64,000 nt of DNA from Mobula hypostoma. Lineage: Eukaryota. Numbering within the stretch: the first letter of the stretch is position 1; each line of letters starts with the position of its first letter. Shown here one piece after another: positions 42,070 through 54,533 of the stretch. The notes beneath the pieces are model-generated. The model was not told the origin of the DNA. It ran no database searches and was given only the letters and a program-made list of their open reading frames with translations. The DNA lies in contig NC_086108.1 in assembly GCF_963921235.1 (NCBI RefSeq), forward strand, positions 15,624,001 to 15,688,000. The letters are read 5' to 3'. Made by a program: the position numbers and the translations under genes.

Positions 42070-42480
42070 ATCCTGACTGGTTTCATCATGGTCTGGTACA
42101 GCAATTTGAATGTGTAAGAATATAAGAAGCTGCTGAGAGTAGTGCACTCTTCCCAATATTCTGTGCACCTCCCTCCCCACCATCATCATGCAGGAGGCAC
42201 TGCCTCAAGAAGGCAACATCCATCATCAAAGATTTCCACCTACTGGATGATGCCACCTTCTTGCAGTTACCATCAGGCAGGAGGCAGAGAAGTCCCATTT
42301 CACCAAAGCACTTGATTGTTTTGCACTATAATGGACATTTTGTTTTGTTCTCATGTGTTCCAACCTATAAAAATCCTTTTCTTCTGATGCTGCTTGAATA
42401 ATGCTATGTCCCTGTGATGCTGCTGCAAGTAGCTTTTCATTGCACTTGTGCATATGATGATAAACTTGACTTTGACTTGA
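42070..42480 (+). mobile_element. Decayed Rex1-like 3' fragment with (TTGAC)n tail
   Basis: ILTG....WY and A.SIIKD.H....F..LPSGRR-like segments; ends aaacttgactttgacttga. Confidence 0.65.
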
Positions 42481-43501
42481 TCAGGTGATGATATAAAAGC
42501 CACTGCCGGAAGAGCAATGTTTTCGAAGTCCCTGACCAATACTTATTCCTCAGTCAACATCACTGATCATTGCTGTGCGTGACTGTCACATTTTGGTATT
42601 TGTAAACCACCTGATGTGTCTGGATATCATGGAAGACACTACTAACAAGCAAGACTTGATTAAAGAGCATTGTTATCGTATTTCTAATCCACAGCTTTTT
42701 GGGTTCATTGTGATCAAACCTGAAGCAGATTCTCATTTTGAAATGAGATTAAACTTGATTGGAATGTCTGGCATGTTAAAGGAATGACAATATTAAGTGA
42801 TGAGGGTTGAAGTATTCGTAACATGACCTGTGTGAGGAAATTAGCACTGTGCAAAGAAATTAGGTCAACAGTTGACAGCTGACCCATTGCATTCAGGAAG
42901 TAGAGTCACCTGCTGTCCTTAATCCCTCTTCCTTATCCCTAAATCCATCAGTTAATAACATCCACATTCATTTCAGAGATGCTACGGAAAATCTAAGTTG
43001 GAATTACAGTATCTTATTAAAGTTGGTTTACAGACTGCAGTAGGAGGAGCCTCTAGCACTGCTTGACAATTCCAATGACCTTGTGATATATCATCCCTCT
43101 CATGCACTCAAATTGCAAGGTTTATCTGGGGAGGGAGGGGGCTTGTGATGCCTGGTAAATGTACATGGGCCAGGGATGATCAAAAAATCCAGAAGTGAAG
43201 TTCCCTCATATCATTAGAGGAAGAAGCACTCAGAAGGTGTATTCGTGCCTTGTCTGTAGTAGTTCCCTCACTGCGATTCTGCCCACCTAAGCAGTAAGAC
43301 CCAGTTCAACCCCACTGGATTTATTACACTTAACCAGACTTCTTCCATAATGCAGCTCACAAAACTGAACCACTTTGCAACAGCTGGGCTAGTTCCCTTA
43401 CTCCCCCTGCACTGGCTCACAACCCTGCATCCAACAAAATGTCCTGGACTGTCATAGGGAATGCAACGAATCCTGACTTGGAATGAATGTCTTCCCTGCA
43501 G

Positions 43502-43627
43502 ATGCCAGAAGAGCAAGCATTTTGTATCCTGGTGAAGATCATGTATGACTACGGTCTTCGAGAGCTCTACAAGAATAATTTTGAGAATCTTCACTGCAAG
43601 TTCTACCAGCTGGAAAGACTACTCCAG
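43502..43627 (+). CDS. RABGAP1L: RABGAP1L coding exon (MPEEQAFCILVKIMYDYGLRELYKNNFENLHCKFYQLERLLQ)
   Basis: 126-nt phase-0 exon; acceptor cttccctgcag, donor gtacgt; not in the ORF track, translated by hand. Residues AFC, IMYDY and LY.NN fit RABGAP1L better than RABGAP1 as recalled. Confidence 0.93.
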
Positions 43628-43786
43628 GTACGTGCCACGTTTAAGCAAAGTTTAGGTTAATAAGCATGAAATGAACATGTAATTGAAGCAAACAACAGGA
43701 ATTCTGCAGATGCTGGAAATTCAAGCAACATACATCAAAGTTGCTGGTGAACGTAGCAGGCCAAGCAGCATCTATAGGAAGAGGCG

Positions 43787-43824
43787 CAGTCGACGTTTCA
43801 GGCCGAGACCCTTCGTCAGGACTA
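43787..43824 (-). ncRNA. Minimal type I hammerhead ribozyme
   Basis: Intact 38-nt motif on the - strand. Confidence 0.8.
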
Positions 43825-44305
43825 ACTGAAGGAAGAGTGAGTAAGGGATTTGAAAGCTGGAGGGGGAGGGGGAGATGCAAAATGATAGGAGAAGACAGGA
43901 GGGGGAGGGATAGAGCCGAGAGCTGGGCAGGTGATAGGCAAAAGGGGATACGAGAGGATCATGGGACAGGAGGTCCGGGAAGAAAGACAAGGGGGGGGGT
44001 GACCCAGAGGATGGGCAAGAGGTATATTCAGAGGGACAGAGGGAGAAAAAGGAGAGTGAGAGAAAGAATGTGTGCATAAAAATGAGTAACAGATGGGGTA
44101 CGAGGGGGAGGTGGGGCCTTAGCGGAAGTTAGAGAAGTCGATGTTCATGCCATCAGGTTGGAGGCTACCCAGACGGAATATAAGGTGTTGTTCCTCCAAC
44201 CTGAGTGTGGCTTCATCTTTACAGTAGAGGAGGCCGTGGATAGACATGTCAGAATGGGAATGGGATGTGGAATTAAAATGTGTGGCCACTGGGAGATCCT
44301 GCTTT

Positions 44306-44757
44306 GATTTTTATAGGTTGGAACACATGAGAACAAAACAAAATGTCCATTATAGTGCAAAACAATCAAGTGCTTTGGTGAAATGGGACTTCTCTGCCTC
44401 CTGCCTGATGGTAACTGCAAGAAGGTGGCATCATCCAGTAGGTGGAAATCTTTGATGATGGATGTTGCCTTCTTGAGGCAGTGCCTCCTGCATGATGATG
44501 GTGGGGAGGGAGGTGCACAGAATATTGGGAAGAGTGCACTACTCTCAGCAGCTTCTTATATTCTTACACATTCAAATTGCTGTACCAGACCATGATGAAA
44601 CCAGTCAGGATATGTTCAACTTTATATCTACGGAATGGGCCTGGTATAACACCTAATCTGCAAGTTGAATCTTCTAGAGGGCTGTAGTTGCTCAGCACTG
44701 CCCAGTGTTTGTAGCAGGAAAGCCTCAAGATACCTCTCTTTCAATTAGTTATTATCT
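44306..44757 (-). repeat. 452-bp inverted duplicate of 41924-42375
   Basis: Both ends and the internal segments checked are exact reverse complements; identical 70-aa ORFs at 42086-42298 (-) and 44383-44595 (+). Confidence 0.95.
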
Positions 44758-45673
44758 GGAGACAGCTTATCCACTGATGTCTACTATAAGCCTACTGACT
44801 CTCACAGCTATCTGGACTATTCCTCTTCTCACCCTGTCTCTTGCAAAAACGCCATCCCCTTCTCACAATTCCTCTGTCTCCGCCGCATCTGCTCTCAGGA
44901 TGAGGCTTTTCATTCTAGGACGAGGGAGATGTCTTCATTTTTTAAAGAAAGGGGCTTCCCTTCCTCCACTATCAACTCTGCTCTTAAACGCATCTCCCCC
45001 ATTTCACGTACATCTGCTCTCACTCCATCCTCCCACCACCCCACTAGGAATAGGGTTCCCCTGGTCCTCACCTACCACCCCACCAGCCTCCGGGTCCAAC
45101 ATATTATTCTCTGTAACTTCCGCCACCTCCAACGGGATCCCACCACTAAGCACATCTTTCCCTCCCCCCTCTCTCTCTGCATTCCGCAGGGATCGCTCCC
45201 TACACAACTCCCATGACCATTCGTCCCCCCCATCCCGCCCCTCTGATCTCCCTCCTGGCACTTATCCGTGTAAGCGGAACAAGTGCTACACATGCCCTTA
45301 CACTTCCTCCCTTACCACCATTCAGGGCCCCAAACAGTCCTTCCAGGTGAGGCATCACTTCACCTGTGAGTCGATTGGGGTGATATACTGCGTCCGGTGC
45401 TCCCGATGTGGCCTTTTATATATTGGTGAGACCCGACGCAGACTGGGAGACCGCTTTGCTGAACATCTACGCTCTGTCCGCCAGAGAAAGCAGGATCTCC
45501 CAGTGGCCACACATTTTAATTCCACATCCCATTCCCATTCTGACATGTCTATCCACAGCCTCCTCTACTGTAAAGATGAAGCCACACTCAGGTTGGAGGA
45601 ACAACACCTTATATTCCGTCTGGGTAGCCTCCAACCTGATGGCATGAACATCGACTTCTCTAACTTCCGCTAA
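44758..45673 (+). pseudogene. Penelope-like ORF 3' part: RT thumb, Cys-rich linker, GIY-YIG endonuclease; one frameshift near 45170
   Basis: TDVYYKPTDSHSYLDYSSSHP..KNAIPFSQFLCLRRICS; CKRNKCYTC linker (Neptune-like by inference); IYCVRCSRCGLLYIGET. Confidence 0.88.
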
Positions 45674-45969
45674 GGCCCCACCTCCCCCTCGTACCCCATC
45701 TGTTACTCATTTTTATGCACACATTCTTTCTCTCACTCTCCTTTTTCTCCCTCTGTCCCTCTGAATATACCTCTTGCCCATCCTCTGGGTCACCCCCCCC
45801 CCCTTGTCTTTCTTCCCGGACCTCCTGTCCCATGATCCTCTCGTATCCCCTTTTGCCTATCACCTGTCCAGCTCTTGGCTCTATCCCTCCCCCTCCTGTC
45901 TTCTCCTATCATTTTGCATCTCCCCTTCCCCCTCCAGCTTTCAAATCCCTTACTCACTCTTCCTTCAGT

Positions 45970-46007
45970 TAGTCCTGACGAAGGGTCTCGGCCTGAAACG
46001 TCGACTG
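45970..46007 (+). ncRNA. Minimal type I hammerhead ribozyme (sense to RABGAP1L)
   Basis: tagtcctgacgaagggtctcggcctgaaacgtcgactg. Confidence 0.8.
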
Positions 46008-47499
46008 CGCCTCTTCCTATAGATGCTGCTTGGCCTGCTGCGTTCACCAGCAACTTTGATGTATGTAATTGAAGCATCTGGTGGAAATGGATTTGGTTCA
46101 GTAGTCTATTGACTTTGGGGCCATTGGTTGGGGCACTGTGAGGTGCTCTAAGTTCAGTGATGCACATCCCCGTGTTTTGGAAGCATTGTGTTTGTGAATA
46201 TAGAGGTATGGGCCCAGTAAAGGGAATGGGAATGATTTGTCTGTATCTGTGAAACCCACAATTCCTCTATTCCATTTCAGCACCTACTTTTTAAGAAATA
46301 TATGCCCTCTTTATTTTTGTTGGAGAGATACGCAGCTGAAGATACCTTGCTCATCACTACCATTCTGTAAGCTTTGAAATGTTTCAACCATTTTGTTGTT
46401 TTTTTTTCAACTTTGCGTACCCTTTAGAATCAGGAACTATTTGAATAGTTCACTGCAGGGGAACATGAGGTTCGGCTTTGAAACCTGCTGGTCAGGTTTA
46501 GAGTGTGGATTACACTCCACTGCCGAAGCTTCCAAGTTCAAGTTTGTTTATTATTGTTTTAGCCATTCATGCACCAGGTATAAATGCTATAAAATTTAGC
46601 TTTACTCAGCACCAGCACAGTACATTCTAGGACAAGGGCAAGCACAGAGTAACTCAAGAGATTCTGCAGATGCTGGAACTGAAGCAACACAAAATGCTAG
46701 AGGAATTCAGCAGGTCAGGCAGCATTTATGGAGGGAAAGAAGCAGCCAACGTTTTGGGCCAAGACCCCTCATCAGGACGGTTAACATATATTTTACATAA
46801 GACGTGTTTAAAATAAAAAACACTAGTGCAAGATGGAGCAAGAAAAGGAGACATAAAAAATAATTAGGCTGTGGTAGTGTTAAGATTTTTCAGGTTGGTC
46901 TATATTTTGATTTATCATGCTTCCACTACTTGTCTCATGCCAACCACCCTCTACTAATCCCCATCCCAGCTCTGGCCTCCTGGAGGAGAACCAGATACAG
47001 TGGCTGGTTAATAGTGTCTGTAGAATCCACGGACCATAGAGATCCATAGAGATTTAAAGCGATTTCAATGTTTTCTGGCAACTGACAGGTCTCTTTATTT
47101 CTTACTTTTCTATCTGCTTCCTTTCTTGGGTAGATGTAATGTCTGCTGTTTCACAATCCACAGAGGTTGCTCTAGAATTTTGGGATTTTTGCCAGGTCAC
47201 AATAATTGAGTGACACATTTTGTTGCTCTATCAGTTTTTGTTTTACTAGAATCTTCAATCTTATTAACTCATTGCTTTCTTGATCTATCTAAGATACATT
47301 CTACTTTCTCTGCTGTGAAGCAAATACAAAATGCTAAATATAATGCCTAAGTTAGCTCCTTCAATACGTCTCATGTTTCAGCCTCTGAAGGATCTGCATA
47401 CCTCCATGTTTGCCTTCTACAAACTCCTGTTATATATTTCTCACAAGTTTCATAATTGATTTTCCTCCCTTTTTGGCCATCTTTCAGTATTAACATTCC

Positions 47500-47820
47500 T
47501 TGATTTGGTATGTCACCAAAAATGTTAGCAAATTTCTACAGATGTACCATGGAGAGCATTCTGACTGGTTGCATCACCATGTGATATGGAGGGGCCACTG
47601 CACAAGATTGTTGCAGAGGGTTGCAGACTCAGCCAGCTTCATCATGGGCACTAGGCTCCCCAGCATTGAGGACAGCTTCAAAAGGCTCAGAAAGGTGGTA
47701 TCCATTATTAAGGACCCCCACCACCTCAAACATGACCTCTTCTTATTGCTGCCATTAGGGAGGAGGTACAGGAGCCTGAAGACATATACTTAAGATTTTA
47801 GGAACAGCTTCTTCCCCTCT
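47500..47820 (+). mobile_element. Rex1-like 3' fragment
   Basis: LQRVADSASFIMGTRLPSIED..SIIKDPHH..LLPLGRRYRSLKT. Confidence 0.75.
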
Positions 47821-50253
47821 CTTCAGATAATTGTGAAGGTAATTGAGAATGTGCAGCAGGTAGGATGCAGAAATTGGTAAGAAAAGGCATGACATTAAAT
47901 TTTTAAAGATTTGTGGTGATATCTCATTTGCTGATCATGAAGCATCAGAGAAATTCATTGATGAGTATTCCAAGATCATTGCTGATAAAAATGTAACATG
48001 CTGAATTGCTGCTTCAGTATATATGTTGATGAACAAGTGTAACATGAATTAGTGCTTAGCGGTAGCACATAAGTTAAGAGTTGGAAATGATAGCAATCTA
48101 TTTCATTATATATTCAAAAATTTAAAGAATCCAAAATCTGAAAATCTTCGTAACCCCTAGCATTTTGGATATTTATATCATCTATGCTTCTCATGACTTC
48201 TTTATACCTCCATGAGATCATCCTATAGTGTCCTACTGCAAGTAGTAAAGGAGTATATAATTATTGTAATTTATAGTTTTTCATGTATTGCGTTGTACTG
48301 CTACTCCAAGACAACAAATTTCACCACATAGAGGATCCTGTATGTTTAAAATTTGGTGTCTTGCGGTAGCAGTACAGCGCAATACATGAAACCTGATCTG
48401 ATTCCTATTCTCGGGTTCAGTTTTCTTTAATGTTTTGGTAAATCTCTTCTGATTATTAAAAACTGCAGTTAAATGCAGGTACAAGTGGTGCACCTTTTCT
48501 TAAGGAGCTTTTTTTTTAATGTATTGCACTGGGATAATTTTCAAATATTTCTTTAAATACGTACCGTTGTTCAATTGCTGTTCTTATCTATGCTTATAAT
48601 AAATTTATATACCTCTATAAGATCACCCTTCATTGTCCTACATTGTAAGGGGTAAAGGCCCATTCTGTCTAACCACTCCCTATAACTTAATTTCCATTGC
48701 AGCTTAGCCAGTTCATACTATATAGCTATGCAAATGATTCTGATTAATTTCAGAACTCTGGTGTTGGATGAGGACATTGGTATGACATTGGTTATGAAAT
48801 TCCATCCCAACAAGGTTACTAATTAACCTTGTGTCACAATCAATGACTATATCCAAAACAGCTTTTTTTAGATTAGCTTCACAACACTTTGTTCCAAGCA
48901 ATTGTCTCAGTTGCTTTCTGTGAACCCTTTCTCACAACATCCCACAATAATTTGATTTGTCCCATCCACGTGAAGCCTGGAGTACATTGCATCGTGTTCA
49001 CTATGAGCTCTTGTTATTTCTTGATGCATACTTCACCCCACAGGATATCCATCATTAGCAGGCCTGTAAAATTGCTCCCATGAACGTTATCCATTGTCTT
49101 ATCTCCAGCTATAATTTCTACTTTCTGATTATATGAATATGGCTCATTCGGGCCTATTGTTTTCAGACTCACCCCATTATCAGGGTTAATTCCCACTTCT
49201 TGTCCACTCTTTCTGTTGCTTCAGATCTCTAATTCAAATCTTTGAGCCCTTGCAAACTGAGGTTGCTCTCAGTCCAAAACTATTTATCACTATTCGTTCT
49301 ATTGACTTATCTATTTGGTTATGTATGTTACTTGTAGTGAGATAAAGTGATGTAAATTTTAACTCTTTACCATTTATTTCATGGTTGGATCTTTTACTAG
49401 TATTTCAAAGTTGAGTTATTGTAATTAAAAACTTAACTCAACACAGGCATATAACATCATGTCATCAACATTCAGAAGAAAAACATAAATTTAACATAAG
49501 ATATACACCATTTTTACGAGAAAGAAACACAATTAGAAAAAAAACAAGTGCGTTTTAGTGCAATGTTCTCATAGTGTTGCCGTATTTAAATAATACAGGC
49601 TGTTCAGGTTGGTGCAAGTAGGTGATGATGTAGAACTTCAGGCCTCTGTATCTCCTGCCTGATTGTAGCTTTGAGAACATGGCTTGGCCTGGGTGATGGA
49701 TGATGGATGTTACCTGTTCACTGTTATAGTTAAAGTCTGTATAATTCTGACACAGTTTTGTTATCCTACTTAACAACAATGCTCTTGCCGTGACATTACA
49801 AGGTGGTTTTCAAAATTTTCCCTCACATCCTTACAGATACAAGTCGACCTTCACTAATCCTTTCTTTTTCAATCTTTTTATTAGTTTCATAAAATATAAA
49901 CATAACATAATAATAGTACAAAGTTATTGGGAATGCAATGTTATACTTAACATGAGTAATTATAGAACCAAATAGTACTTAATTAACAAAACTCCCAATC
50001 ATATAGGATACCAATGAATAATACAGAACAAAAAAAAAATCTGGACAAAAATCATGAAAAAAGAAAAAAAAACAAAAAAAAAAACCCTCAAAAAAAAAAC
50101 TAATCTAAACAGAATTAATCAACTAAACTAAAAACAAGACCTGGGCTGTTTTAACATCATAAAAAATGGGAGAAAAGAAAACCTTAGTGTCGACGACTCC
50201 GCTCCTCTCAACCAAAACTACAGAGAAGTAAAATAAGTTTGGAAATGGTCACA

Positions 50254-53200
50254 TTACATCATATGAAAATGCTGAATAAATGGCCTCCAAGTTTTTTCAA
50301 ATTTAATGGAAGGGTCATAAACCACACTTCTAATTTTTTCCAAATTTAAACACAACATAGTTTGTGAAAACCAGTGAAATATAGTAGGAGGGTTAATCTC
50401 TTTCCAATTCAGCAAAATGGATCTTCTAGTCATTAAAGTAAGAAATACAATCATCCAACAAGCTGAAGAGGTTAAATGATTTGATTCTATCTTTGGTAAC
50501 CCAAAAATAGCAGTAATTGGGTGAGGTTGTAAGTCTATATTTAGGACCGTTGAAATAATATCAAAAATATCTTTCCAATATTTTTCCAACAAAGGACATG
50601 ACCAAAACATGTGAGTCAAAGAAGCTATCTTGGAATGACATCTATCACATATAGGATTTATATAAAAGTAATAACGAGATCGTTTACCTTTGGACATATG
50701 AGCCCTGTGCACTACTTTAAACTGTATCAACGTATGTTTAGCACATATAGAAGATGAATTAACTAATTGAAGAATTTTTTCTCATTTTTCAATCGGTATA
50801 ATAATCTTAAGTTCTCTTTCCCAATCAGTTTTAATTTTATTAGATACATCAGGACATAAATTCATAATTATATTATAAATAATTGCTACAACACTTTACT
50901 GAGAAAGATTTAAATCTCAAATTTTTTCCAAAATATCCATTGGATATAAGTCTGGAAAATTAGGAGAAACAGTAATTAAAAAGTTTCTAACCTGTAGGTA
51001 TCTAAAAAAGTGAGATCTGGGTAAATTATACCCAATGTGGACTTGAAGTTGCATCCAAATCTCGTAACCAAAATTTTAAGTATCGAATATTAATTGCCCA
51101 ATAATAAAATCTAAAATTTGGGAGCGCTAACCCCCTCCCCCCCTTTTTTTAGATTTCTGTAAATACCTTTTACCTAGCCTAGGATTTTTGTTCTGCCATA
51201 TATATGAGGAAATTTTTGAGTCAACATTCTCAAAAAAAGATTTTGGAATAAAAATTGGAACCGATTGAAATACAAACGTTTGTACATATAAAAATTTAGG
51301 CAAAATAATCATCTTAATAGCATTAATCTGACCAATCAAAGACAAAGAAATTGGAGACCATTTAGTAAACAAAAGTTTAATCTGATCAATTAAAGGTAAA
51401 AAATTAGCTTTAAATAAATCTTTATACTTTTCCGTAATTATAATCCCTAAATATATAAACGATTCAGTAACCAATTTAAATGGTAAACATCCATAATAGG
51501 GGAAATAATTCACTCTTATTAAAGTTTAATTTGTAGCCAGAAAAATTACTAAATTGAGCCAATAAAGCTAGAATAACAGGAATTGACTTCTCCAGATTAG
51601 AGATATATAATAACAAATCATCTGCATATAGTGATAATTTATGTATTTCATTTCCGTGGGTAATACCAAAAATATTGGGCGAGTCACAGATAGCAATTGC
51701 TAAAGGTTCAAGGGCGATATTAAATAGTAAAGGACTAAGAGGGCATCCTTGCCTAGTACCACGAAATAGACGAGAAAAGGGAGATCTTTGATTATTAGTG
51801 CAAACCGAAGCTACCGGGGTATGATATAACAATTTAATCCAAGATATAAATATCAAACTAAAATTAAATTTCTCAAGCACACTAAATAAATAAGGCCATT
51901 CAACTCTGTCAAAGGCTTTCTCAGCATCTAATGAGATAATACATTCCGGAGTATTAAATGAAGGGGTATAAACAATATGCAGTAACCTCCTAATATTAAA
52001 AGATGAATAACGGTTTTTAATAAATCCAGTTTGGTCCATAAATATAATTTGAGGTAATACCTTCTCTAACCAAGTTGCTAAAATTTTTGAAAAAGTTTTT
52101 GAATCTATATTCAAAAGAGATATCGGTCTATATGATGCACAATCAGTAGGCTCTTTATTCTTTTTAAGAATTAAGGAAATAGAGGCTTCATAAAATGATT
52201 GTGGTAATTTACCTAAACTGATTGCTTCTTTGAATATTATAGACAACCACGGAGAGAGAATAGAGGAAAAGAATTTTTAAAATTCCACTGTAAACCCATC
52301 CGGACCAGGTGCTTTACCAGAATTCATTGATGGGATTGCAGTTGTTATTTCCTCCTCTGTAATAGGAGTTTCTAATGATAAGCAATCTTTGGGTGATAAT
52401 TTCAGAAAATTCTGTTTACTTAAAAAATCATGCATGATTTTAAAATCATGAGGAAAATTAGAGTGATATAAAGAGGTTTAAAATTCTTGAAAGGTTTTAT
52501 TTATCTCGTCATGATCAACTGTCAAAGTATCATCGTGTTTACGAATCTTAGTAATTTGACGTTTAACCGAAACAAATTTCAATTGATTAGCCAATAGTTT
52601 ACCCGATTTATCACTATGAATATAAAACTCACTTTTTGTTCTCATTAATTGATTTTCGATAATAATAGTAAACTATGTTCCAATTGAAGTTCAACTCTGT
52701 GTTTATACAGCTCCTTACTAGGAGCAATAGCGTATTTTTTTTTATCAATATCTTTAATTTTATCAACCAACAAGAGTATTTCATTCTTAGTACGTTTTTT
52801 CAAACCAGCCGAATAGGAAATAATCTGACCACAGATATAAGCTTTAAAAGCATCCCATACTGTTCCATTGGAAACTTCTCCCATAGTATTAGTTGAAAAA
52901 AAATCAATCTGTCCCTTCATAAACTTAACAAAGTCCGAGTCTTGAAGCAAAATAGGATTAAATCACCATTGTCTATTAGTAGAAGAAGTATCCATTAACT
53001 TGATAGAAAGTTTCATTGGAGCATGATCTGAAATGGCGATAATATCGTAATTACAATCAATTACAGATGGGATTAATCGAGAGTCAATAAAAAAATAGTC
53101 AGTTCGAGAATAAGAATGATAAACATGTGAAAAGAATGAGAATTCTTTGTCCTTTGGGTGTAGAAATCTCCAAATTTCTGAAATCCCAGAAGCAATCATT

Positions 53201-53712
53201 AGAGAGTTAATAAGAGTAGCTGACTTATTCGGTAAAGCCGGACTACCTATGGATCTGTCCACATGGGATTTAAACATAAATTAAAGTCACCACCCATTAT
53301 CAACATATACTCGTTTAAGTTAGAAAAGGAAGTGAATATGTGCTTAAAAAATTCAGGATAATCCACATTCGGAGCATAAACATTAAACCATAACAACCTT
53401 TTTATTAAAAAGTAACCCAGTAATTAGCAAGAATCTACCATTAGGATCTGAGATAATGTCTTGATGAATAAAAGTAATTGAGGGATCTGTAAAAATTGAA
53501 ATGCCTTTAACTTTGGCTTGGGAGTTCGAATAGTATTGTTATTCTTTCCAGAACTTAAAGAAGCGTTGATTATCCTCTTTCCTTACACGAGTTTCTTGTA
53601 CAAAAATAATATGAGCATTCAGTCTTTGGAGTACTTTGAAAATCTTTTCCCGTTTTATTGGATGGTTTAAGCCATTTGTATTCCAAGAGACAAGATTAAT
53701 AATGTGAGCCAT
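50254..53712 (-). pseudogene. L1 ORF2 (APE endonuclease, RT, C-terminal Cys motif), disrupted
   Basis: MAHIINLVSWNTNGLNHPIKR, SDHAP, YRPISLLN, SLDAEKAFDRVEW, GTRQGCPLSP, LYADD, CDRC..HMFWSC. Confidence 0.92.
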
Positions 53713-54533
53713 AATTTAACATTAACCCTTTGGTATGTAAAGGGTTAACCATAATGTGAACTCATCAAATTGGAAGAGGAATACATGATCAAAGAGGAAC
53801 CGGAAATCCCGACATTGCAGACATCTTTGTAGTACTAAATCAGCCCAATAGAAAAAATTAATAAAGAAAAAAACTCCCCCACCCTCCATCCCTAAGAACC
53901 CCGAACTAAGCCAGAGACGGCTGAAGAAAGAACTAACTAACACTAAATCTAACCCCATTTCTGCAGGAGGAAACTCCAAAGATATATGTTACATAGATGA
54001 CCCCCCGAAAACCGATATAAAAAATTAAACACTATACTACAATAATCTACATAGTATAATTTCTAAAGTACATAAATAAGAAAAAGTTAATATCAGTACG
54101 TATGATTAGTTAATTATAAATGAAAGTGAATAAAATATCGCTTCCAAAAAACGAAAGGGGATTGTGGGAAGAAGAAACGTAAGAACATGGCGTGCCCAAA
54201 AAGAACAAAGGAGATTATGCAAAAAGAAAAACAAACTGCCATTTTAATTATACAAAAGCAAAAATAAAGAACATATAACTAAAATTGATCGGCAGATCAA
54301 ATCATTAGTGATAATATAGGAAATCAAATAGTTAAAAAAAATTAACTAAGGAAAAGTAACGTTATTCGCGAGAAAAGACTTTTTTAGATAAGTTGTAAAA
54401 TAATATCTGTAGTACTAAGCACAAAACAAAAATCTTGAGCTTATAAAAAACCTTCATTGTATGGTAATAGAAAGTTTGTTATTTTTTTTAAAACACCAGA
54501 AAGAAAGCTGATACTGAGAGCACCGAACATTAA

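Larger units (their letters stand above)
43691..46062. mobile_element. Composite Penelope-like inverted insertion with captured host DNA and 14-bp TSD
   Basis: Arm 43691-44305 (-, with tail), filler 44306-44757, arm 44758-46062 (+); TSD atgtaattgaagca at 43677-43690 and 46063-46076. Confidence 0.93.

Noticed and set aside
44705..45170. N-terminal half of the 322-aa ORF as a novel host-element fusion protein
   Set aside because: This part is off-frame relative to the RT thumb, starts at GTG within the filler, and is open only because of a frameshift near 45170.
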